Source of the DNA: a virus
Strand: one strand, 5' to 3'
Virus record (IMG/VR): IMGVR_UViG_3300035670_000018
Location: 103,364-167,363 of that record
DNA: 64,000 nt
The notes under the pieces were generated by a model that made no database searches, had not been told where the DNA came from, and saw only the letters and a program-made list of their open reading frames with translations. The translations under genes were made by a program, and so were the position numbers. Below are positions 9,602-15,557 of this stretch, in pieces; positions within the stretch are counted from its first letter, which is position 1, and the number at the start of each line of letters is the position of its first letter.

Positions 9602-10256
9602 TATGAGTATGACAAAGGAGAATAACATGACATATCGTTGGGGTGAATACATTCTTGTCATTACTGAGAATGAAAGTGGTAAGGTCGTCTATACTAAGCG
9701 GTATGAGAATATGTCTGGTACTGCTATGATGGATGAACAGAAGTTCTTTCGTCGGGACTACCCGATGCCCAAGTATCGTATTGAATGGTAAGGAAAATTG
9801 AAATGGAAAAAGTCTACGTCCTCCTTGAGAAGAATCTTGATACGAAAAATGTTCGTATTGAGGGTGTCTATGAATCTCTCAAGAAGCTTGAAGATCAAAT
9901 GTGGTTTCTCATGAACTTCAATGAGGAACAAAAGTATTACATGATTGAGGAGATGGATGTGCAATGATTAGGCACTATGCAAACGAATATCAGATTCAGC
10001 TTCAAGCTGAGGCTCTGATGGACGCTCTGGATCACAAGTATATCAACACCGCAATGACGGAAATGGAATACGACATGCGTGTGGATGCAATCAACAAGTG
10101 GGAAAAAGCGCGACTCAAGGAGTTGAAGCAGTATGCTTAGGTTCCTGCTCGGTATGGTTGTCGGCGCTTCGGCCACAACTGGTTTCGGTTTTCAGATTGT
10201 GATGGGCGCAATCGGTCTCGGCTTCATGGCTTGGGGCTTCTATGCAATGTATATGA

Positions 10257-10787
10257 ATGGTGAACTCAGTGAATATTGATATCTATGGCAAGTCTAAGCA
10301 TATGTGCAAAGCGGAAATCAAGTTCGCTACTGCATTCTTTGCTCAGTATCTAATGGGTACCAGACTCGCAAAGAATCTTGACATTGAGATTCGGATTGAG
10401 GGTCAGGGTCGCGCAGAGGGGCATTGTAATCCTCTTGATGGTGAACGGCGCCCTCGGTCCTTTGAGATTGGTATCAGACCTGGAATGCAGCGGTACAAGA
10501 TGCTCCAGTGCCTCGCGCATGAGATGGTGCATTTGAAGCAGTATGCTAAGGGTGAGTTGTCCAATGAGTTGATCACTGCAAAGTGGCAGGGAAAGACTTA
10601 CAAGCTTACCAACTCAATGGAAGACTATTTCAACTGGCCTTGGGAAATTGAAGCTTATGGTCGTGATCGGTCGCTTTATCTGTTCTATCAGGTGATGTTG
10701 AACTCGGAAAAGATCAAGTTCAAGAATGGTAAGATGTATATGAAGGGTAAGCTTTTCAAGCTTGACAAGGCTAAGAATACCAAGTAA
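10257..10787 (+). CDS. Zincin-like metallopeptidase
   Basis: AHEMVHLKQ plus PWEIEAY; start may be the GTG near 10269. Confidence 0.75.
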   Translation: MVNSVNIDIYGKSKHMCKAEIKFATAFFAQYLMGTRLAKNLDIEIRIEGQGRAEGHCNPLDGERRPRSFEIGIRPGMQRYKMLQCLAHEMVHLKQYAKGELSNELITAKWQGKTYKLTNSMEDYFNWPWEIEAYGRDRSLYLFYQVMLNSEKIKFKNGKMYMKGKLFKLDKAKNTK

Positions 10788-10796
10788 GATATACGC

Positions 10797-11024
10797 ATGA
10801 TCAAGACACAGTGGAAAATCAAGATTGGCGACATGATCCATGTTCGCACTCATTACAAGTATGGTGTGATGGATAATGTCCATATCAAGTCTGGAAAGGT
10901 AGTGCAAAGTGAGCGACATGATCCCGTTGGTACTTTTCGTTTGTATACAGGTAATCCTCAGTACCCCGTTTCTCTTATCGCAGATGAACGGGTCACTGGC
11001 ATTAAGCTTCGTGAGGTCGCGTAA
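10797..11024 (+). CDS. Hypothetical protein
   Basis: Downstream of TTGACA-N17-TAAGAT. Confidence 0.5.
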   Translation: MIKTQWKIKIGDMIHVRTHYKYGVMDNVHIKSGKVVQSERHDPVGTFRLYTGNPQYPVSLIADERVTGIKLREVA

Positions 11025-11380
11025 TGGCTAGTATTCATGTACCGTCAGGTAAACTGACATGGGAAGAAAAGTTGGAGATCCGCAAACACGCGCTAGAGTG
11101 TGCCGCTAGGACGTATCAAGGACAAGGCGCATTTAATGCAGAAAACGTTACCAATCGTGCTGCAATCTTTGAAGACTACTTGATGGGGAAGAATGATGGT
11201 TAAGTCTTATGATGTAAGTTTTCATCTTGACGAATCTCTTGCAGGATGGTATCTTTACTGCTTTGAGGACGATGATGTAGTCCATGAGCAGTTCTTCCGC
11301 GACCGCGATGATGCTCACGCTATGGGCCATCGCTTTCTTGATGGACTGTATGTCAAGGGTTTCCCGATTGAGGAACTGGC

Positions 11381-11611
11381 ATGAGAAAGCAGAGTCTTTG
11401 GAATCGATTTCTTAACTGGTACAGTCCAGTTTGGGGTATGCTCGTTCCGCTTGTCATCGCAGTAGGCTTTCTTTTTGTTCTAGAATATAAAGCAGATGAA
11501 CAAAAGCTTGCATTTTCTAATGCCTGTGCTACAATGGGTGGTGTCGCATTGATTGGACGTAACGGAACAAAAGTTTGCTTCAAGCAGGATGTTGTCCTGT
11601 CTGTACACTAA
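11381..11611 (+). CDS. Small membrane protein
   Basis: One hydrophobic segment. Confidence 0.5.
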   Translation: MRKQSLWNRFLNWYSPVWGMLVPLVIAVGFLFVLEYKADEQKLAFSNACATMGGVALIGRNGTKVCFKQDVVLSVH

Positions 11612-11628
11612 ATAAAATACAGTTTAAT

Positions 11629-11711
11629 GGCCACGTAACCGATGGCGGCTTCTACCCGCTTAACCGTAACTGGAGTTGAAAATGGGAGTTCGAATCTCTC
11701 CGTGGTCGCCA
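11629..11711 (+). tRNA. Atypical tRNA-Arg(TCT), no D-arm, expanded variable region
   Basis: GGCCACG/CGTGGTC acceptor, GGCGG-CTTCTAC-CCGCT, canonical T-arm, CCA. Confidence 0.75.
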
Positions 11712-11733
11712 TTTCAAATTATGGAGAAAGTGA

Positions 11734-12000
11734 ATGTCTGCACCGAAGACCAAGACCAAGTACACTTCTAAGGGTGAGCGTGAAGCGAACCGTAGCTTGT
11801 CAAAGGCTATCAAGCGTGATCGCACAGTCATTGAGAAGTCTCAGATCAAGCAGAAGGCATGGTTGAAGGGACAGAACCCTTGGATCGTCGTGCCGAATGA
11901 GAATACAGCCGATACTAAGGCACGGTTTGTTCGCGTTCGTGCTGAGACTGAGTGGGGTGATCCGCGCAAGGGCTTCATGTTCGGCGCGATGAAGGACTAA
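11734..12000 (+). CDS. Basic hypothetical protein conserved in T4-like phages
   Basis: GGAG SD; YTSKGER...AWLKG.NP. Confidence 0.6.
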   Translation: MSAPKTKTKYTSKGEREANRSLSKAIKRDRTVIEKSQIKQKAWLKGQNPWIVVPNENTADTKARFVRVRAETEWGDPRKGFMFGAMKD

Positions 12001-12007
12001 GATTAAC

Positions 12008-12084
12008 GCCCCCTTAGCCCAGCGGTAGGAGGCACCGGACTTAAAATCCGTACAGGGACAGTTCGAATCTGTCAGGGGGTACCA
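12008..12084 (+). tRNA. tRNA-Leu(TAA), short variable loop
   Basis: Cloverleaf, CCA. Confidence 0.9.
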
Positions 12085-12089
12085 AATTT

Positions 12090-12165
12090 GCATCTGTAGC
12101 ACAGCGGTTAGTGCTATCGGCTCATAACCGATTGGTCCTTGGTTCGAATCCAAGCGGATGCACCA
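12090..12165 (+). tRNA. tRNA with CAT anticodon (Ile2 or Met)
   Basis: Cloverleaf, ATCGG-CTCATAA-CCGAT. Confidence 0.9.
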
Positions 12166-12170
12166 AATAA

Positions 12171-12260
12171 CGGAGTGAGACTAAGAGTCAGAGAGGACTT
12201 ATAAACCTTTTGCAGCCGATTACTGCCTTTGAGGTGGAGCGTTACCACCCACTCCGACCA
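12171..12260 (+). tRNA. Atypical tRNA-Ile(TAT)
   Basis: CGGAGTG/CACTCCG acceptor, CT-TAT-AA loop, long variable arm, T-loop AGCGTTA, CCA. Confidence 0.65.
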
Positions 12261-12265
12261 ATATT

Positions 12266-12342
12266 GCCCTCGTAGCCCAACTGGCAGAGGCAGCAGATTC
12301 AAATCCTGCTCAGTGTAAGTTCGACTCTTACCGAGGGCACCA
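12266..12342 (+). tRNA. tRNA-Leu(CAA), short variable loop
   Basis: Cloverleaf, CCA. Confidence 0.88.
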
Positions 12343-12351
12343 AAAAAAAAG

Positions 12352-12392
12352 TTGACAAAAACATAAAATCCAGCTAGGATGTTGTATAAATA
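12352..12392 (+). promoter_or_regulatory. Tandem sigma70 promoter and T4-type late promoter upstream of the leader ORF
   Basis: TTGACA-N17-TAGGAT (12352-12380); TATAAATA (12385-12392). Confidence 0.8.
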
Positions 12393-12416
12393 GAATACAG
12401 TTTAAGAAAGACGGAA

Positions 12417-12503
12417 ATGAAACCCATTCTACCTCCATTTACAATTAATCAAGAAACATGCCAGCCATCATGGGCAGGTGTGATGAGGGGTTCTATGTAT
12501 TAA
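12417..12503 (+). CDS. Putative attenuator leader peptide MKPILPPFTINQETCQPSWAGVMRGSMY
   Basis: 28-codon ORF between promoters and terminator; its 3' end carries the antiterminator strand. Confidence 0.7.
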   Translation: MKPILPPFTINQETCQPSWAGVMRGSMY

Positions 12504-12527
12504 GTCTTAGTACAGACTTAGTTTCTT

Positions 12528-12566
12528 AGAACCCCGAAGCCAAAAGTTTCGGGGTTCTTCGTTTTT
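12528..12566 (+). terminator. Intrinsic terminator of the attenuator
   Basis: AGAACCCCGAAGC-CAAAA-GTTTCGGGGTTCT followed by TCGTTTTT. Confidence 0.85.
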
Positions 12567-12570
12567 ATAG

Positions 12571-12645
12571 TTGCGTCCAGTGCATAGCAGATATGCGAAA
12601 AAAGAATAAGAAAAGACTTGAAATTGGCTGCGACAAGCACTATAT
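12571..12645 (+). promoter_or_regulatory. Repeated promoter copy 3, upstream of the main tRNA array
   Basis: TTGC-N7-GCAT-N7-ATGC-N20-CTTGAA-N15-CACTATAT. Confidence 0.75.
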
Positions 12646-12697
12646 TAGATATGTAAGAGAGAAAAGAGTTTCCCAGCCGCGCGGGACAAGATGCGGT

Positions 12698-12709
12698 CGC
12701 TGTTTAACA
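12698..12709 (+). promoter_or_regulatory. boxA-like antitermination element
   Basis: CGCTGTTTAACA versus rrn boxA TGCTCTTTAACA; in the leader of a stable-RNA operon. Confidence 0.55.
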
Positions 12710-12801
12710 TTGTTAAGTTCCTATGAGTTACCCTTGCTCACTCAAGGGCGCACTGAGTAGCGAAATATCCAGTGAGGGACTGTGACTCAGCACAGCCTCA
12801 C

Positions 12802-12926
12802 ATTCTATCTCTTCAGATATGCACCGGGCATTGTAGCTACTGCCTAGTGTGGCACAGTCGCGCTGCTTCGGTGGCGTTCAAGATGAACTGTTCGATTCAG
12901 TTGGTGCATATCTGAAGTGATAGAAT
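12802..12926 (+). ncRNA. tRNA-like RNA on a long closing helix
   Basis: 23-bp terminal helix; AACTG-TTCGATT-CAGTT T-arm; UUCG hairpin. Confidence 0.65.
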
Positions 12927-12930
12927 ACAT

Positions 12931-13007
12931 TCCTCTCAAGCCAACTAGGTGGAGGCAACTGACTGTTAATCAGTGTACGACAGGTTCGAATCCTGTGGGG
13001 GGAGCCA
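12931..13007 (+). tRNA. tRNA-Asn(GTT)
   Basis: Cloverleaf, CCA. Confidence 0.92.
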
Positions 13008-13013
13008 ATTCAT

Positions 13014-13100
13014 GGACCAGTCGCCTAGTGGCTATGGCAGCAGACTCTTAATCTGTCGTGAGAAATCACATCGTGGGTTCGAGTCCCACTTGGTCCTCCA
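13014..13100 (+). tRNA. tRNA-Lys(CTT) with long variable arm
   Basis: Cloverleaf, GTGA-GAAA-TCAC arm, CCA. Confidence 0.88.
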
Positions 13101-13105
13101 ATCAT

Positions 13106-13179
13106 GGCCTATTAGTGAATGGATATCACACCGCTCTGTCTAAGCGGAGAAGCGAGTTTGAGCCTCGCATAGGTCGCCA
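13106..13179 (+). tRNA. tRNA-Asp(GTC)
   Basis: Cloverleaf, CCA. Confidence 0.9.
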
Positions 13180-13250
13180 TTTAGTACGCCTGTCCCGCTT
13201 TGGGAAGTTGGGTAGGGTTGACGGCACCCTCGCAGTACGAAAGCCGTTAT

Positions 13251-13328
13251 CTGAGTGTACGAGAGTCTGGTTACATCCCATAGATTTGGAATCTATGAAC
13301 GCAGGTTCGAATCCTGCCACTCAGACCA
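13251..13328 (+). tRNA. tRNA-Pro(TGG)
   Basis: Cloverleaf with weak D-stem, CCA. Confidence 0.88.
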
Positions 13329-13333
13329 ATTAT

Positions 13334-13407
13334 ATCAGTGTAGTGTAACGGTAGCACGGCAGCCTCCAAAACTGCTTGTCAGGGTTCGAATCCTTGCACT
13401 GGTGCCA
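13334..13407 (+). tRNA. tRNA-Trp(CCA)
   Basis: Cloverleaf, CCA. Confidence 0.92.
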
Positions 13408-13576
13408 GTCAGAAAGAGCGGTAGTCGGAGTGCGAATCCGATGAGAACATGCCTGTGATCGCACACAGGCATTAAGTATCCTCACCATAGACTTCGGTCA
13501 ACATAGAGGAACGCTCTTTCTACTTGACTTTACGTGATGCCTCGTCTATAATAAGACAACAATCAACGAGGTAACT

Positions 13577-13792
13577 ATGGCAAAGATGACGATTAAGAAA
13601 GTGATGGAATTACAAGATCATTTCATCAAAGCTGGTATTATGAAAGACCCTAAGTCTTATACCGCAGATGAATTGAAGTATCTTAATCCTGCTATTCCAT
13701 CTGACTTCATTGATGATTATGTTGATGTTCGTGATGGTAAGAAGAAAGAAAGCGACTGGCAGCGTATTCCGCTGAAGATCGAAGATTTGTAA
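13577..13792 (+). CDS. Hypothetical protein within the tRNA array
   Basis: Own TTGACT/TATA promoter and GAGG SD. Confidence 0.6.
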   Translation: MAKMTIKKVMELQDHFIKAGIMKDPKSYTADELKYLNPAIPSDFIDDYVDVRDGKKKESDWQRIPLKIEDL

Positions 13793-13798
13793 TACAAT

Positions 13799-13873
13799 GG
13801 GCTTGTAGTATAATGGGTATTATCTCCCGCTTGCACCGGGAAGAACAGGGTTCGATTCCCTGCTTGTCCACCA
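13799..13873 (+). tRNA. tRNA-Ala(TGC)
   Basis: G3-U70 pair; two U-U mismatches in the acceptor; CCA. Confidence 0.85.
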
Positions 13874-13881
13874 AGTTTAAC

Positions 13882-13955
13882 GCCTCTATAGTTCAATGGC
13901 AGAACGCCTGTTTTGTAATCAGGATATCAGGGTTCGATTCCTTGTCGAGGCACCA
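13882..13955 (+). tRNA. tRNA-Thr(TGT)
   Basis: Cloverleaf, CCA. Confidence 0.92.
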
Positions 13956-13957
13956 GT

Positions 13958-14076
13958 TTAGCGTTGTAGGAGCAGAAGTGACCTTGTTGGGATGGTCTGC
14001 TGTATGCGGCTCACAGGCGAGTTGAGGGGTTTGATCACCCCAAGTCTGGCGAGGGTTCAATTCCCTCCAACGCTAA
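13958..14076 (+). ncRNA. tRNA-like RNA with 9-bp closing stem and T-arm, no anticodon arm or CCA
   Basis: TTAGCGTTG/CAACGCTAA; GAGGG-TTCAATT-CCCTC. Confidence 0.55.
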
Positions 14077-14084
14077 TCTAATTT

Positions 14085-14153
14085 GATCTGGCTACGTAGC
14101 AGCAATGTGCGTCATGAATGTCAGACAGTCAACCAAATAACTGTGCGGTTGAC
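14085..14153 (+). ncRNA. Two-hairpin structured RNA, copy 1
   Basis: Shares GCTAC, GTCAYGAATG and ACTGTGC with 14252-14335. Confidence 0.55.
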
Positions 14154-14161
14154 ACCAGTTT

Positions 14162-14247
14162 GGGTGAGCGGCAACGACGGTGAGTTGCGGCGGACTGTAA
14201 ATCCCCTGTCTATGACTTAGAAGGTTCGAATCCTTTCTCACCCACCA
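14162..14247 (+). tRNA. tRNA-Tyr(GTA)
   Basis: Cloverleaf, variable arm, CCA. Confidence 0.9.
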
Positions 14248-14251
14248 AATT

Positions 14252-14335
14252 GATTTAGCTACTCACACAGTATGGTTACGCCATATCTTAGAGTCACGAA
14301 TGCTAAACAACCAGACTTAATACTGTGCTGTCTGG
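14252..14335 (+). ncRNA. Two-hairpin structured RNA, copy 2
   Basis: Different stem sequences with pairing kept; loop-loop CACAGTA/TACTGTG. Confidence 0.6.
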
Positions 14336-14345
14336 ATTATTTTAT

Positions 14346-14431
14346 ACTACCTTATCCAAGTGGTTGAAGGAAGGCGGCCGATAACCGTCTGGCGAAAGCC
14401 CGCGTTTGTTCGAATCAAACAGGTAGTACCA
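14346..14431 (+). tRNA. tRNA-Ile(GAT) with long variable arm and C33
   Basis: Cloverleaf, GGC-GAAA-GCC arm, CCA. Confidence 0.85.
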
Positions 14432-14509
14432 TTTCCTGTGCTTGCAATCTCTCAGTTAAAAGCTGTTGCAAGATTAAGTGTTATGTCTAATATGACATAG
14501 ACACAGGAT

Positions 14510-14794
14510 CTATTCTCTTGAAGGATAAAGACCTTCAACCACCATATGTGGTACAAGTTCGTCATCATGCCATTCGCGTCTGACTTTCTTGCCATAGTCT
14601 GGTCCAGAATCAACGAATGGTCTTAAGTCTGGTAGTGCGAAAGTGTGAATACCATCGCCACCCCAACGGGTGCCCAGTAGAGAGAACAAAGGTTCATGAT
14701 GTTGAATTTCTAATATCTGCCCGCGACATACCACAGTGTCTCTTGTGTTCCAAGTAAAAGGCAGATAAACAACTTGACTAATATAAGCTTCCAT
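14510..14794 (-). CDS. Stand-alone phage tail collar domain protein
   Basis: CRGQIL...LFSLLGTRWGGDG..TFALPDLR; minus-strand ACTAAATA at 14824-14831. Confidence 0.85.
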   Translation of the reverse strand: MEAYISQVVYLPFTWNTRDTVVCRGQILEIQHHEPLFSLLGTRWGGDGIHTFALPDLRPFVDSGPDYGKKVRREWHDDELVPHMVVEGLYPSRE

Positions 14795-14834
14795 GGTATA
14801 CTCCATTATATGAGTTGACATGGTATTTAGTTAT

Positions 14835-14908
14835 TGGGAGATCATCTAAAGGTAGGATAGCGGTCTTTGAAACCGCCGATCTTGGTTCGATTCCAAGTCT
14901 CCCAGCCA
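14835..14908 (+). tRNA. tRNA-Gln(TTG)
   Basis: Cloverleaf, CCA. Confidence 0.92.
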
Positions 14909-14960
14909 ATTCGTGCTTGCATAGCATATAGTCAATAGATGTAGCCGCACTACAATAGAC

Positions 14961-15044
14961 GGACTGGTTACCGTAGTGGCGAACGGCGCTGACTTTTAAT
15001 CAGCTATGCAAACACCGTGGGTTCGAGTCCCACCCAGTCCTCCA
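14961..15044 (+). tRNA. tRNA-Lys(TTT) with long variable loop
   Basis: Cloverleaf, CCA. Confidence 0.88.
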
Positions 15045-15049
15045 ATTAT

Positions 15050-15124
15050 GGCGCATTAGTTTAGTGGTCAGAATACTGGGCTTTCAATCCGGGGAGAAGG
15101 GTTCAATTCCCTTATGCGCTGCCA
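15050..15124 (+). tRNA. tRNA-Glu(TTC)
   Basis: Cloverleaf, CCA. Confidence 0.92.
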
Positions 15125-15129
15125 AATAT

Positions 15130-15207
15130 TGCGGGATAGAGCAGTCAGGTCAGCTTGCTAGGTTCATATCCTAGAGGTCGCAGGTTCGAATCCTGCTCCC
15201 GCTTCCA
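15130..15207 (+). tRNA. Initiator-type tRNA-Met(CAT)
   Basis: 1:72 mismatch; GCGGG acceptor; fMet-like D-arm. Confidence 0.85.
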
Positions 15208-15208
15208 T

Positions 15209-15283
15209 GCTGCATTAGTCTAGTGGTTAAGACGCAGGTCTGTGAAACCTGTTACGGCGGTTCGATTCCTCCATGCAGTACCA
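15209..15283 (+). tRNA. tRNA-His(GTG), no encoded G-1, A73
   Basis: Cloverleaf preceded by T and ending ACCA. Confidence 0.9.
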
Positions 15284-15288
15284 TTTAT

Positions 15289-15362
15289 TGCCCGGTCGTC
15301 TAACGGTAGGACGCCAGATTCTGACTCTGGCTATCGTGGTTCGAATCCATGCTGGGCAGCCA
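15289..15362 (+). tRNA. tRNA-Gln(CTG)
   Basis: Cloverleaf, CCA. Confidence 0.92.
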
Positions 15363-15366
15363 ATAT

Positions 15367-15441
15367 GGGGTAATGGTGAAATGGGAACACCGTGGTCTGC
15401 AAAACCATTATGAGTAGGTTCGATTCCTACTTACCCCTCCA
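15367..15441 (+). tRNA. tRNA-Cys(GCA)
   Basis: Cloverleaf, U73, CCA. Confidence 0.92.
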
Positions 15442-15447
15442 AACTAT

Positions 15448-15541
15448 GCATCCGTATCCCCCTTGGCTACGAACCAAGAGTAAGGTAACTGGAGATGGTC
15501 AGAGATGACTAATGCAGGTTCGAATCCTGTCGGATGCTCCA
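15448..15541 (+). tRNA. Atypical tRNA-Arg(ACG), no D-arm, expanded variable region
   Basis: GCATCCG/CGGATGC acceptor, CTTGG-CTACGAA-CCAAG, canonical T-arm, CCA. Confidence 0.75.
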
Positions 15542-15557
15542 CTAAAGGAAAACAACA

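Noticed and set aside
12171-12260. Ochre suppressor tRNA (TTA anticodon)
   Set aside because: Loop symmetry centres on TAT preceded by CT; TAA is used as a normal stop throughout the window.
13430-13480. Hammerhead ribozyme (CCGATGAG)
   Set aside because: Lacks an exact CTGANGA and the GAAA after stem II.
13058-14025. ORF-track calls across tRNA genes (e.g. 13058-13348, 13813-14025)
   Set aside because: They overlap well-formed tRNAs and show no SD or protein motifs.
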